Shown here: in pieces, positions 1-11,348 of the stretch
Position numbering within the stretch: the stretch's first letter is position 1
Layout: every line of letters begins with the position of its first letter
DNA from: Dehalococcoidia bacterium
GTDB taxonomy: Bacteria > Chloroflexota > Dehalococcoidia > WHTO01
DNA length: 64,000 nt
NCBI GenBank assembly: GCA_040902555.1
Contig: JBBDXC010000008.1
Span: forward strand, 34,629-98,628
Reading direction: 5' to 3'
Translations under genes and position numbers: made by a program
The notes under the pieces: generated by a model
What the model was told of the DNA's origin: nothing
Database searches by the model: none
What the model saw: only the letters and a program-made list of their open reading frames with translations

Positions 1-2162
1 GCAAGGTCCAGGCTCATGAGCGAGGCCCAGACCAGGTCGCGCCGCTCGCCGATCAGCTCAAGCCCTTTTTCGGCCAGGTTCCAGGCGAAGGGCGCCCAGC
101 CGATGATCCACAGCGCGCTGGCCGCTTCCTCGAGGTAATCCGCGGCCGCGGGGTTACCCTTCTGGGCAGCGATCAGCTGCGACGCCTCCATCGCTGTTTT
201 GCCGGCGTCCTCGAACGGGTTTGTCCAAATCTGGGCTATACCAAGCCTTGGCAGGATGTCCGTCCGCCGCTCGTCCCCATCCGGCATCAAGTCGAGCGCC
301 ATCCGCAGGAAGTCGACCGTCTCGTCCCAGGCATAGGCTTCCTCGGAGCGGTCGGCCGCGGCGATGGCGTAGCCGGTGCCCTTTTCGGCGCCGGGCAGCA
401 CTGCGCTTTTGTAGTAGTGGTAAGCCAGCTCTGGCGCATATTGGTCGGCGCGCGCGCCATAGACCGACTCCATGGACTCGGCGATGCGGCGGTGGAGGCG
501 GACCTGCCGTGACGGGCTGACCTCGCCGTAGAGCGTGTGCCTGAAGAGGGCGTGCGCAAACTCGTAGGTATCCGCCTCGGACCCAGCTTTGAGCACCTGC
601 GCCTCGAGGGCCTCGTCGATCGCGTCCAGGGCATCCATCTCGTCGATGGCACCGACCGCGGCAACCACGCCGAAGGGGAACGGTCCATTGAAGGCGGCCG
701 CCGCGGCCAGGAACTTATTGGCGGTCTCGGAAAGCCGGGCGAGGCGGCTGGCGATGACCTGGCGCACACCCTCGGGGATGCCCATGTCCTCGATCGCCAC
801 GTTGGAGGTCCAGCGCCCGTCCTGGCGGAAGATCTTGCCTTCCTCTATCAGGTGCAACAGGACTTCTCGGATGAAGAAGGGGTTGCCGTTCGTCTCGCCG
901 CCGATCGCCTCGATCAGCGCCGGCGGCACGTCGCGATCGGCCATCTGGCGGAGGAGCTCGGCAATCTCCTCGCGGCTCAATCCCTTCAGCTGGATGTGCT
1001 CGTAGGATGTCTCCCTCGGCAGCGCGCCCATGGCCTCGGTCAGCGGGTGCTCGCGGCCCACGTCAGCGTTGCGGTAGGTGCCCAGCATTAGCAGGCGGTT
1101 GCGCGGGGCGAAGCGCGAGATGTGCCGCATCATCGTCACCGTCCCCTTATCCGCCCAGTGCAGGTCGTCGAGTACGAGGAGCAGCGGATTGCGGGCGGCG
1201 GCCGCGATCAACAGCTGAGATACCGCATCGAGAAGGCGGAACCGCTCCTCATCCGGCTGCAGGTCGGTCGGCTCGTCGAACTCCGGGACACGTAGCCGGA
1301 TTTCGGGTACGAGCCGGGCTATGGCCCCGCCGCCCGGCCCCAGGTCGGCCTGCAGGTCCTCCTTGCGCTGCGCTTCGGCGTACTCCTTGATGGCTTCGGC
1401 GAAAGGAGCGTACGGTGGCGTCCACTCGCCCTCGTAGCAACGGCCCCAGAGGACAGTGAAGCCCTCGTTGCGCGCGTTCTCGGCAAACTCCTCCGAGGTC
1501 CTCGTCTTGCCGATTCCGGGTTCGCCGGCCAGCATGCTGAGGCCGCCGCGCCGGGCGCGCGTCTCCTGCAGTCTTGCCGTCAGCCGGGCGACCTCGCCCT
1601 CGCGGCCCACGAACGGGGGGTGGGCTAGGATCGCCAGCAGCTGCTCGCTCTCATATACCACCTCTGAGGCGGGCACCAGCGCGGTGATGCCCTTGAGCTC
1701 CAGAGTGCCGATCTCGTTGAAGGTGAAGGCCTGCCGGCCCGAGAGGAGTCCTGTCACAAGGTTGCTGCAGAGGATCTGGCCGGCAGCCGCGCGGTCGCAG
1801 AGGCGTCTGGCGACGACGACCGAGGTGCCAAAGTAGTCCGTTTCATCAACGAAGGCATCGCCGACGTTGAGGCCGGCGCGGATCTCGAGCTTCTCGCCGG
1901 CCGCCGGCCGGCGTGATGCCTGCTGCATGGCTATGGCGCAGCGAACGGCGTCGGCAGTCGATGTAAACGCCACCATCAGGCCGTCGCCCAACCACTTAAC
2001 TTCGTGACCTCCGTGCTGGGCGACGGTGTCGGTGAGCAGCCTGTGGTGCGCCTGGAAGATGCGCTGAGCCCGCTCGTCACCGGCGCGTTGTAGCAACTCG
2101 GTGGAGCTCACAAGGTCCGTGAAGAGGATGGTTACGGTCGATCCCCGCACCTGTGTCGACAT
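1..2162 (-). CDS. Class III adenylate/guanylate cyclase domain fused to AAA (STAND-like) ATPase; 3' end runs off the window
   Basis: Manual translation from ATG 2162 (GGAGG RBS): ILFTDLVSST, VKWLGDGLM, RAGLNVGD cyclase motifs, then FVGREGE...LAGEPGIGKT Walker A and LLVLDDLHWAD Walker B. Absent from the ORF track because there is no stop in the window. Confidence 0.9.
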   Translation of the reverse strand, partial: MSTQVRGSTVTILFTDLVSSTELLQRAGDERAQRIFQAHHRLLTDTVAQHGGHEVKWLGDGLMVAFTSTADAVRCAIAMQQASRRPAAGEKLEIRAGLNVGDAFVDETDYFGTSVVVARRLCDRAAAGQILCSNLVTGLLSGRQAFTFNEIGTLELKGITALVPASEVVYESEQLLAILAHPPFVGREGEVARLTARLQETRARRGGLSMLAGEPGIGKTRTSEEFAENARNEGFTVLWGRCYEGEWTPPYAPFAEAIKEYAEAQRKEDLQADLGPGGGAIARLVPEIRLRVPEFDEPTDLQPDEERFRLLDAVSQLLIAAAARNPLLLVLDDLHWADKGTVTMMRHISRFAPRNRLLMLGTYRNADVGREHPLTEAMGALPRETSYEHIQLKGLSREEIAELLRQMADRDVPPALIEAIGGETNGNPFFIREVLLHLIEEGKIFRQDGRWTSNVAIEDMGIPEGVRQVIASRLARLSETANKFLAAAAAFNGPFPFGVVAAVGAIDEMDALDAIDEALEAQVLKAGSEADTYEFAHALFRHTLYGEVSPSRQVRLHRRIAESMESVYGARADQYAPELAYHYYKSAVLPGAEKGTGYAIAAADRSEEAYAWDETVDFLRMALDLMPDGDERRTDILPRLGIAQIWTNPFEDAGKTAMEASQLIAAQKGNPAAADYLEEAASALWIIGWAPFAWNLAEKGLELIGERRDLVWASLMSLDL

Positions 2163-2200
2163 CGTTACCTGCTCCTCCACACGTGGCTCATAAGCAGCCG

Positions 2201-3355
2201 TTAGCCGTTGACGCCGAGCTCTTCGCGGATCGCCTCGCAGACCTCGAAGGTTGGGCCCTCGGCCTGCAGCGTGTTCTGCATCTTGTTGATCGTCACAGCG
2301 ATGCCAAGGCCGACGTCGGGGTCGGCGAAGGCCGTCGAGCCGCCGGCGCCGCTATGGCCAAAGGCGTTGAGGCGGGGGCCGTTGACTGACTTCATCGGTC
2401 CAATTGGCCCGCCGAGCATGAAACCGATCCCTTTGCGCAGCGGCAGGCCGAGGAGGACGCGGTCGGGCGCATCCGTAACCATCGTCCCCATGTTGCTCAC
2501 GCGCTCCGACGAGACAAGGCGGACGCCGTCGATCTCGCCCTTGTTGGCCAGGGCGCCGTACATGCGAGCCAGGGCGCGGGCGCTGAAGTGGCCGTTGGCG
2601 GCGGGCAGGCAGGCCTTGCGAACCCGGATGTCATCGAAGTTGACCTCCGACTCCTGGGGCATGGCCTTGAAGAAGTCGTGGTCGGGCGGGACCTGCAGCT
2701 CCTCCGGCGTCGCCATCAGCGTCTGCAGGGTAGCCAGCCTGTCCTCGACGCCGTCGGGGATGCCGCAGAACATTTCGTTCTCCACGCCCAGGGGCTGAGC
2801 GATCTCTTCGCGGATGAAGTCCTTGATGTGCCTGCCGTCGGCCCCCTGGACGATGGCGCCCACGATCCAGCCGTAGGTCAACGCGTGGTAGCCCGTAGCT
2901 GTCCCTGGCTCCCAGCCGGGAGTGGCCCCGGCGATCCAGTCGAGCCCTTTCTGCCATTCGGTCACGAACTCGACCGTCAGCGGGCTGGGTACAGCATGCA
3001 CCCCTCCCTGGTGGCTGAGCGCCTGCTCCACGGTGATCTTGTCCTTGCCGTTCTGGCCGAACTCCGGCCAGTAGCGGGTGACGGGCGCCTGGTAGTCGAG
3101 TTTGCCGCGGTCGGCCAGCATGTGGATTGCCGTGGCGGCCACGCCCTTCGTGGTCGAAAAACAGTTGAAGAGGGTGTCGAGCTGGACCGGGCGCGGGTCC
3201 TCGGGGCCCATCTCGCCGGCGACGGCGTCGACAATGACCTCGCCGTCCTTGTAAGCCGAAACCTGGACGCCGAGCTGGTCGCCCTTCTCGACCTGGCGGT
3301 CGATCAGCTGCTGGATGCTGGTGTTGATGCTGGTGCTGGTACTGGTTGCTACCAA
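2201..3355 (-). CDS. Serine hydrolase, beta-lactamase/EstB-like esterase family
   Basis: SxxK (FSTTKG), TGYHALTYG, FGHSGAGGS motifs. Confidence 0.9.
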   Translation of the reverse strand: MVATSTSTSINTSIQQLIDRQVEKGDQLGVQVSAYKDGEVIVDAVAGEMGPEDPRPVQLDTLFNCFSTTKGVAATAIHMLADRGKLDYQAPVTRYWPEFGQNGKDKITVEQALSHQGGVHAVPSPLTVEFVTEWQKGLDWIAGATPGWEPGTATGYHALTYGWIVGAIVQGADGRHIKDFIREEIAQPLGVENEMFCGIPDGVEDRLATLQTLMATPEELQVPPDHDFFKAMPQESEVNFDDIRVRKACLPAANGHFSARALARMYGALANKGEIDGVRLVSSERVSNMGTMVTDAPDRVLLGLPLRKGIGFMLGGPIGPMKSVNGPRLNAFGHSGAGGSTAFADPDVGLGIAVTINKMQNTLQAEGPTFEVCEAIREELGVNG

Positions 3356-3468
3356 GGGAGTCTCCTTTGCGCTAGTGGCGACGGGGCAGATTTCTCAATT
3401 GTGCACGATCAGGCAGGCGGCGGCCGGTTCGGGTCTGTAGCGTGGATGATGGAAGCAGGAGGCGCCCA

Positions 3469-4332
3469 GTGGCCAACGCGACTCTGAACGGCATATCGAT
3501 TCACTACGAGGTCTTCGGTCCCGCCGATGGCACGCCCATCATCCTGTGCGCGCCCGGCGGCTTCGACTCCACCATCGAGAAGTGGCGTACCGCCGGGGTC
3601 TGGCCCGAGGCCGACCCCCTCGACGCCCTACCCGCGGCCGGCTACCGCGTCGTCGCCTATGACCGGCGCGAATCCGGGGAGTCCGGCGGCCGCTTCGAGG
3701 CCCTGTCGTGGGACCTTTATGCCCACGAAATAGATGGGGTCCGCCGTGAGCTAAGCTTGGGCAAAGTCTGGCTCCTGGGCGGGTGCATGGGCTGCTCGGC
3801 CGCGTTCTCCTACGCCGTCCGATATCCAGACAACGTGGCCGGTCTGCTCTTGCACTGGCCCATCGGCGGCGAAGCCTTCTACGACCACGCCCGAGATGTC
3901 TGGTTTGGCAGTGCCATCGCTCATGCCCGCGAGCAGGGGATGACTGCCGTCGTCGAGCTTGCCCGCGAAAAGGGCTCGATGATGGCGGATGTGAAGGCGG
4001 GGCCGTGGGCGCCTGTCATCGCCCGCGATGAGGCCTTCGCCGAGATGATGGCCAGCCTGGAACCGGAAACCTACATCGAGGCTCTTGAGCGGACGAGGGA
4101 CAATCTCTTTCCCCGCGACCATGAGGCGCCGGGCGCCGAGCCCGAGCAGCTGCGTGCCCTGGACGTCCCGGTCTTCATCGCGCCTGGTGATGATCCCTTC
4201 CACGCGCCCTCGGCCGCCGCTTACCTGGCCGAGCAGCTTCCGCGCGCCGAGTCGTGGGTGCCCCGGCTGCAGCAGGACGGGAAAGGACTGATCGCCGAGA
4301 TGCTGAGCTTTCTCGGCCGGCACGCCTCCTAG
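3469..4332 (+). CDS. Alpha/beta fold hydrolase
   Basis: GTG 3469 with AGGAGG RBS; YDRRESGES, atypical nucleophile elbow GGCMG, DDPFHAP. Confidence 0.85.
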   Translation: MANATLNGISIHYEVFGPADGTPIILCAPGGFDSTIEKWRTAGVWPEADPLDALPAAGYRVVAYDRRESGESGGRFEALSWDLYAHEIDGVRRELSLGKVWLLGGCMGCSAAFSYAVRYPDNVAGLLLHWPIGGEAFYDHARDVWFGSAIAHAREQGMTAVVELAREKGSMMADVKAGPWAPVIARDEAFAEMMASLEPETYIEALERTRDNLFPRDHEAPGAEPEQLRALDVPVFIAPGDDPFHAPSAAAYLAEQLPRAESWVPRLQQDGKGLIAEMLSFLGRHAS

Positions 4333-4502
4333 CCGCGATCAACACTCAGCCCTTGTTCCTCTCTCCCGGCCGGGCGGGGGGAGATTGCCCTGTGCGGTGG
4401 CCAAAGCGTGCAAACGGCCGACAACGGCTTCGCACCATCGAGCGGCCTCCTTAAGCCGCATCTAATTACCGAGGAACTCTGCCGATACTTCCTACAGAGT
4501 CC

Positions 4503-4856
4503 ATGCCTGAACTTGTTCCAACCCAGCAGTCGTTCTCCCGCCCTGTCATCGCTCTGGGCGACGTTAAGATCGACAAGCAAAACCGCGAAGTGACGATCGG
4601 CGGCAGCCGCGTCAACATGCGGACCAAAGAGTTCCAGCTGTTGACGACGCTCGCCGAGAACTTCGAGTGTGTCCTCAGCCGCGAGGAGCTTCTCGAGATG
4701 GTCTGGGGCTACAACTTCTACGGCGAAACCCGCACCATCGACGTCCACGTCCAGCACGTGCGCCAGAAGATCCACAACAGCGACCTCCAGATCGAGACGG
4801 TGCGCGGCGTGGGCTACAAGCTCGCCGCCACCCACAAGACCCGCCTCAGCGCCTGA
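4503..4856 (+). CDS. Stand-alone OmpR/PhoB-type winged-helix DNA-binding domain protein (no receiver domain)
   Basis: KEFQLL...VLSREELLEMVWGY...RTIDVHVQHVRQKI...IETVRGVGYKL, the Trans_reg_C signature. Confidence 0.88.
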   Translation: MPELVPTQQSFSRPVIALGDVKIDKQNREVTIGGSRVNMRTKEFQLLTTLAENFECVLSREELLEMVWGYNFYGETRTIDVHVQHVRQKIHNSDLQIETVRGVGYKLAATHKTRLSA

Positions 4857-4908
4857 CAGCGTCCGCCCGCCACTTCGCCGGGGTTCAGCCGGCGGAGCCC
4901 GCGTGGCC

Positions 4909-5109
4909 GTAGGAGCGGATTTCGAATCACCACAGCGGTGAGAGCATGTCCAGCCCGGAATCCGCCTCGGTGCGTCACTCAACCAACGGCCGTGTGTTCG
5001 TAATCGGGAGCTCGTCTTAGCAGTGGGCTTTCTACTGCATCGCTCCACCTTGCGGGCAGATTCTCAGGTCGTCAAGGCAAGCCTCGTTGCAATTCGAAAT
5101 CTGCCCTAC
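4909..5109. repeat. Inverted pair of GTAG-type REP-like palindromes between convergent genes
   Basis: 4909-4968 (+) GTAGGAGCGGATTTCGAAT...GAATCCGCCTC and 5054-5109 (-) GTAGGGCAGATTTCGAAT...GAATCTGCCC. Confidence 0.65.
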
Positions 5110-5193
5110 CGTAAATATCTCGGCGGCACAACACAGGCCTGCCTGGTGACGCGTGTCCGGGCAGAAGCGAGGCAGTGGGCTTGGCGGTTGGCC

Positions 5194-5544
5194 TTAGGCC
5201 GGCTGCAGTTCCAACTGGTCGCCGTCAGCAACGCCTGCTCGCCCGAGGCTGCCTGCAGATAGCTCCACCACGGCGTGCGCGCCTTTCGCCCCCATGAGCA
5301 CCCGCCAGGGCTTGACCGCCTCGGCCACTTTGACCACGCGGTTCTCACGGTCGACAAAAGCCACGTCTATGGGGAAGCGCATGAAGAAGGTGTGGATGGA
5401 TGAACAGGGGGCGATGTAGAGAGCTTCGCCCTCATCCAACCCTTTGCGGCCCATTAGGCCCATGAAGCGACTGAGAAGGTTGTCAGCCTTGCGTGTTCGG
5501 CCGGCCAGCGGCCGGCCGCCGCATGTCAGCGCGAAATTGGCCAA
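5194..5544 (-). CDS. DUF192 family protein, last gene of the Tad operon
   Basis: SRFMGLMGR, SIHTFFMRFPIDVAFVD, VVELSAG. Confidence 0.9.
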   Translation of the reverse strand: MANFALTCGGRPLAGRTRKADNLLSRFMGLMGRKGLDEGEALYIAPCSSIHTFFMRFPIDVAFVDRENRVVKVAEAVKPWRVLMGAKGAHAVVELSAGSLGRAGVADGDQLELQPA

Positions 5545-6456
5545 CTAGCCGCCGATGCCGTTGCCGCTAATCAGCGTGATCGCCGCCGGTCCGAGGATGA
5601 TCATCATCAGTGTCGGGAAGACCCCGAAGACCAGCGGGAAGACCATCTTGACCGGGGCCTGCATCGCCTGCTCCTGCGCCTTCTGGCGGCGGCGGATGCG
5701 CAGCTGCTCCGACTGGACGCGCAGCACCTGGGCCAGCGAGACGCCCATCTGCTCTGCCTGGATCACGGCGCCAACGAAGGTCAGCAGCTCCGGGACGTCT
5801 GCCCGCTCTGCCATCTCCTGCAGGGCCTCGCGACGCGAGCGGCCGATGGCCATCTCGCGCAGCGCCCGCCCGAGCTCCTCGGCCAGCACGCTCTGGCTTT
5901 TCTCCGCCACCTTGGCGAGGGCGGCGTCGAGTCCCAAGCCCGCCTCTACCGAAGTTGTGATCAGGTCCATGGAGTCCGGCAGCGCCTTGAAGATCAGTTT
6001 GCGGCGGCGCTTGGCGGTCGTGTTGATGAACGAATAGGGCAGGAAAGCCGACACGACCAACAGGCCCAGGACGATGAGCGGGCCGAAGCCTGAAGAAAGC
6101 ACTCCTGTCGTCGCCAGGGCAAACGTGCCACCCCCGCCGAACAGGACGAAGACGACGAGCCACATGGCAATGAACTTGCGGAACTTCATCGGCTCGCCGG
6201 CCGTGATTAGCATGCGGTTGATGCGAGCGGACATGCCCGCCGGCAAGATCGAGATCACCCGGTCCACCAGGCCCTCGGTCAGCGGGTAGAGGACGCGCTC
6301 GAGGAAGGGCATCGAGTAATCGACGCGTCTGTCATCGGGGTCATAGGTGCTCATGCCTCGCAGGCGCTGCCTGAAGGTGTCTTCGCGTCTGCCAAGCAGA
6401 GCAAAGAGCAAGAGAGTGACGGTTATGCAGGCGAAAGCGGCAACGAGCAAAGGCAT
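5545..6456 (-). CDS. tadC: Tad pilus inner-membrane platform protein TadC (T2SSF family)
   Basis: LPDSMDLI...VEAGLGLDAAL, Q AEQMG...LRVQSEQLR..R..KA.E.A..APVKM. Confidence 0.92.
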   Translation of the reverse strand: MPLLVAAFACITVTLLLFALLGRREDTFRQRLRGMSTYDPDDRRVDYSMPFLERVLYPLTEGLVDRVISILPAGMSARINRMLITAGEPMKFRKFIAMWLVVFVLFGGGGTFALATTGVLSSGFGPLIVLGLLVVSAFLPYSFINTTAKRRRKLIFKALPDSMDLITTSVEAGLGLDAALAKVAEKSQSVLAEELGRALREMAIGRSRREALQEMAERADVPELLTFVGAVIQAEQMGVSLAQVLRVQSEQLRIRRRQKAQEQAMQAPVKMVFPLVFGVFPTLMMIILGPAAITLISGNGIGG

Positions 6457-6457
6457 G

Positions 6458-7419
6458 TTATATCTCGATATCCAGGATTTTCTTGATGACGAAGAAGCTG
6501 GCGATCTCCATGAAGCCGGCGACCACCAGGATCACCTTGCCCAGCGGCTCATTGAACATCGGCGACATGTACTCAGGGTTAACGACGGTGATGAACCCGC
6601 CCACCGCGATCGGCAGGACGCCGACGACGATACCCGAAAGGCGCTGCTGTGCCGTCAGAGCGCTGATTTCGCCCTTCAAGCGCTCGCGCTGGCGCATCGT
6701 CTCGCCCACTGTGTCGAGAATCTCGCCCAGATTACCACCGACCGTGCGCTGGACGAGGATGGCGTTGATGACGATGTCCAGGTCGGGTCCTGGGATGCGC
6801 TGGCCCCAGGCCACGATCGCGTCCTCCATGTTGGCGCCCAGGGTGACGTCGCGGATCATCCGCGTTAGCTCTCCCGCCATTGGCTGCGGCGCCCGGTCGG
6901 CTGCGGCCTCGAAGGCCTGCAACAGCGCGAACCCTGCCTTCAGCGAGCTGGCGACCAGTTGGATCGCCTCCGGCAGCTGGCGGTTCAGTTTGTTGATGCG
7001 CCCGTTTTTCTTGAACGAAAGCCAGAAGCGCGGTACGAAGTAGCCGACCCCAGCAAAGATCCCGGCGATGATCGGCGAAGCACCCATTACCGTTGCGCCG
7101 GCAAAGAAAACGACCGGCATCATGATCCGCAGCAGGACGAATTCGGAGCCGCGCATCGGAATCGCAGCCTGCGCCAGGTCCATCTCCAGCCGGGCCGCCC
7201 AGCTCCGCGTCTGCACCAGCATCTCCAGCATCGGCAGGTGCGCTTTGCGCCGCGGGCGAAGCAAGTCGGGCTCCATCCAGATGGGAACATTCCCGGCATA
7301 GCTTCCGCCGATTGCGCTTAAGCGCGCTCGGGCAGCCGACCCGGCTGTCTGCCGGCCCATCAGACCGAACGTGAGAAGGGCGACCGTCGCCGCCGCGAAC
7401 ATGGCGACCAGTAGGGGAA

Positions 7420-7423
<4 letters not shown>
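6458..7423 (-). CDS. tadB: Tad pilus platform protein TadB (T2SSF family)
   Basis: QLPEAIQLVASSLKAGFALLQA, QRTVGGNLGEILD, LTAQQRLS. Confidence 0.92.
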
Positions 7424-8838
<1,415 letters not shown>

Positions 8839-8863
8839 CTAGTGGTTCCTCATCTGGTCGGCT

Positions 8864-10054
8864 CTAAACTCGCAGCAGCCGGCGCATAAAGCCGCGGTTG
8901 CCGGCCTGCCGGATACCGGCGAGCAGCCGGGCCAGCTCGGTGACGTTCTGGGAGACGCGCGCGCCTGGCTTCGCGATCACGACGGGCTGGCCCATCTGAT
9001 TGGAAGTCGTGACCGCGCGGTCGTAGGGGATCTGCCAGAAGATCTCGCGCGACAGCGCCGTCGAGAGGTCCTCGGGCTTGATGCCGTTGGCCTGCGACGA
9101 GTGGTTTACCGCGATCTTCAGCTTCTCCTCGGGGAACGACCAGCTGCGCAGCAGATCGAGGGCAACGATGGTGTCTTTGATGCTGGCCATGTCCATACTC
9201 GTCACCATCAGGACCAGGGATGCGGCCTCGAGCGTGGCTGCGACCACCTCGTTGAACGCGCCCGGGGTGTCAATGACCAGGTAGTCGTGGGTCTCCGCCA
9301 GGAGGCGGATGACCTGCTTCACCTGGTGCGGCGTGATGTTCGCCCAGTCGGCTGGCGAGGCTGGCGCGGGCATGACGTTCACGCCGTTCGAGTGGCGCGT
9401 CAGGAACTCGCGGATGTTGCCGCGGTTCAGGAATTCAATGTTGTGGATAGCGTCGGCCAGCGTCCGCTCGAACGGCATGTCCATCAGAGTGGTCACGTCG
9501 CCGAAGCTGGTGTCCAGGTCCATCAGGCACACCGTTTGGCCGGTCTCGCGGACGAGGGCACTCGCCAGGTTCACACTGATCGTCGTCTTGCCGACGCCGC
9601 CCTTGGCGCCGAAGATCGTCAGCGTTGTGGCGTGCCCCTGCACTTCTCCCATCTCGCCCGACAGCCGCATGCGCTTGCGCTCTTCCTGTTCCAGGACGAT
9701 GTAGAGCGACTTCGCGAGGTCGGATGAGCGGACGGGCAGCGCCAGGTAGTCGCGCGCACCGGAGAGCATAGCTCGGCGCACCGAGCCGGCGTCCGTCAGC
9801 GTCGAGTAGACAGCCAGCGGCGTTGAAGGCAGCGCGTTGGCCAGCGCCTCCGAGGTCTGCAGGGGCCGCGAGGAAGGCTCCTCGACGTGGACCATGATGA
9901 TGTCGGGCGCGACCTCGCGGGCGGTCGCCACGGCTTCCATGCCGTAGGCAGCCTCGCCGGCGATCTCGAACCCTGCGCCACGAAGCGACTTGGCCATTTC
10001 GGCCCGGGCGCTCGTGTCCTGGTCCACGATCAGAACTGCAGGTGTCTTAGCCAT
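8864..10054 (-). CDS. cpaE: CpaE/TadZ-like protein: receiver-like domain plus MinD/ParA ATPase
   Basis: N-terminal receiver fold, GAKGGVGKT deviant Walker A, position in the tad operon. Confidence 0.9.
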   Translation of the reverse strand: MAKTPAVLIVDQDTSARAEMAKSLRGAGFEIAGEAAYGMEAVATAREVAPDIIMVHVEEPSSRPLQTSEALANALPSTPLAVYSTLTDAGSVRRAMLSGARDYLALPVRSSDLAKSLYIVLEQEERKRMRLSGEMGEVQGHATTLTIFGAKGGVGKTTISVNLASALVRETGQTVCLMDLDTSFGDVTTLMDMPFERTLADAIHNIEFLNRGNIREFLTRHSNGVNVMPAPASPADWANITPHQVKQVIRLLAETHDYLVIDTPGAFNEVVAATLEAASLVLMVTSMDMASIKDTIVALDLLRSWSFPEEKLKIAVNHSSQANGIKPEDLSTALSREIFWQIPYDRAVTTSNQMGQPVVIAKPGARVSQNVTELARLLAGIRQAGNRGFMRRLLRV

Positions 10055-10110
10055 TACTCAAAAAACTCTTTCAGCGCGTTTGGCGGGTGATGCCTGGGAA
10101 TGGGATGTAG

Positions 10111-11064
10111 CTATTCGCCTTCCTCCGAGCTAGCGGCCGCGGCTGCCAGGTTCGCCTCCTGCTGCAGCTCACAGAGCTGTTCCTCGCTGAGAGCGGCCCG
10201 GCCCTCCGGGATGTCGCCGTAAATAGTGCTGTCGAGCGTGTCGCCACAGTGGCCGAAGACCGGGATGAATGCGGGGAGGAATGCAATGCCGTGGTCGGCG
10301 GTGCGGCGCAGGAGGAAGCGGAATTCCGCATCCTCGCCGAAGTCGGCGGCGAACACCCGCTGTGCCTCGGCCGGCGTTACCGCCACGACCAGGTAGAGGG
10401 CGTCAGGGTTCTCTTCGCCGACGAGTGGCACGCCGTTTTCGCGCTCGCTCTGGTCCAATGGAGCGCCGTTCTCATCGAGCTCGTACTTGATGAGCTCTGT
10501 GGTGCGCTCGACGGCAAGTACCTCCGAGTTCTGGGCCAGCGTTGCCGTGACGTTTAAGTCGGGGTTCGCGGCCCATTTGAAGATGCCGACGATGTCGACG
10601 AAGTCACCGGGCAGGATGTAGCCGCCAACTGCTTTGACCGATGTAGCGTTGACCGCGATGGCGCGCATCCCCTGGGGGACGATGAACGAGAGGGCAGCTT
10701 CCGCCCCGAACTCCGATACATTGGTAGCCAGTAACTGCTGGCCGGCTACGGCCGGGTAGATGGCGACCGTGCCGACGACCTCCTCGACTGTGCGGAAGGC
10801 GCCCGGCTGGAGCGCTTCTATGGGGACCTGCTGCAACTGAACCATGTCCGCGGTGATGATCTCGCGGGACGGGATGTCAACGATCGTCGTGACCACCGAT
10901 TCTGTAGCCAGCACCGGCGTCGTTTCCGCCGTCGCCGAGCTGTTTTCGGATCCGCTAGATACCGCCACGTAGGCCAGGACCGCCGTGATCAACCCGAACA
11001 TCAGGGCGAGCACGAGGATGGCGCGGTTGGAACGGTGACGAGGGGCTGCGACGCTGGTTGCCAT
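10111..11064 (-). CDS. cpaB: Flp pilus assembly protein CpaB (SAF plus RcpC domain)
   Basis: ATG 11064 with GGAGG RBS; TM helix, SAF domain, VPQGMRAIAV..VGGYILPGDFVDIV. Confidence 0.92.
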   Translation of the reverse strand: MATSVAAPRHRSNRAILVLALMFGLITAVLAYVAVSSGSENSSATAETTPVLATESVVTTIVDIPSREIITADMVQLQQVPIEALQPGAFRTVEEVVGTVAIYPAVAGQQLLATNVSEFGAEAALSFIVPQGMRAIAVNATSVKAVGGYILPGDFVDIVGIFKWAANPDLNVTATLAQNSEVLAVERTTELIKYELDENGAPLDQSERENGVPLVGEENPDALYLVVAVTPAEAQRVFAADFGEDAEFRFLLRRTADHGIAFLPAFIPVFGHCGDTLDSTIYGDIPEGRAALSEEQLCELQQEANLAAAAASSEEGE

Positions 11065-11348
11065 AGGGCTTTCCTCCAGGGATGTGGCTAGTGAGTTGTC
11101 TGTGGTGATCATCGGCAGGTGACTCGGGCAATACAGTATTGGAAACGGTCGCCGCCGGGCACCGATTTGGTTGGCTTCAGGGCATCGTCGAGGGCATCTG
11201 TGCGGTGCCAGTCGCCGCGGTGACTCGGGAAACTGATTTCCTAAAGGAACCGCCCCCACACAGGATGGGCGCGGGTTTACCTCTAAAGCGCTCTAATGTG
11301 GGAAAACGGCGTGGGCCGGCCCAATTCCGGGTGTCTCAGGGATCGCTG

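Noticed and set aside
2201-3355. Beta-lactamase resistance gene
   Set aside because: No signal peptide; the motifs fit the family VIII esterase / serine hydrolase group.
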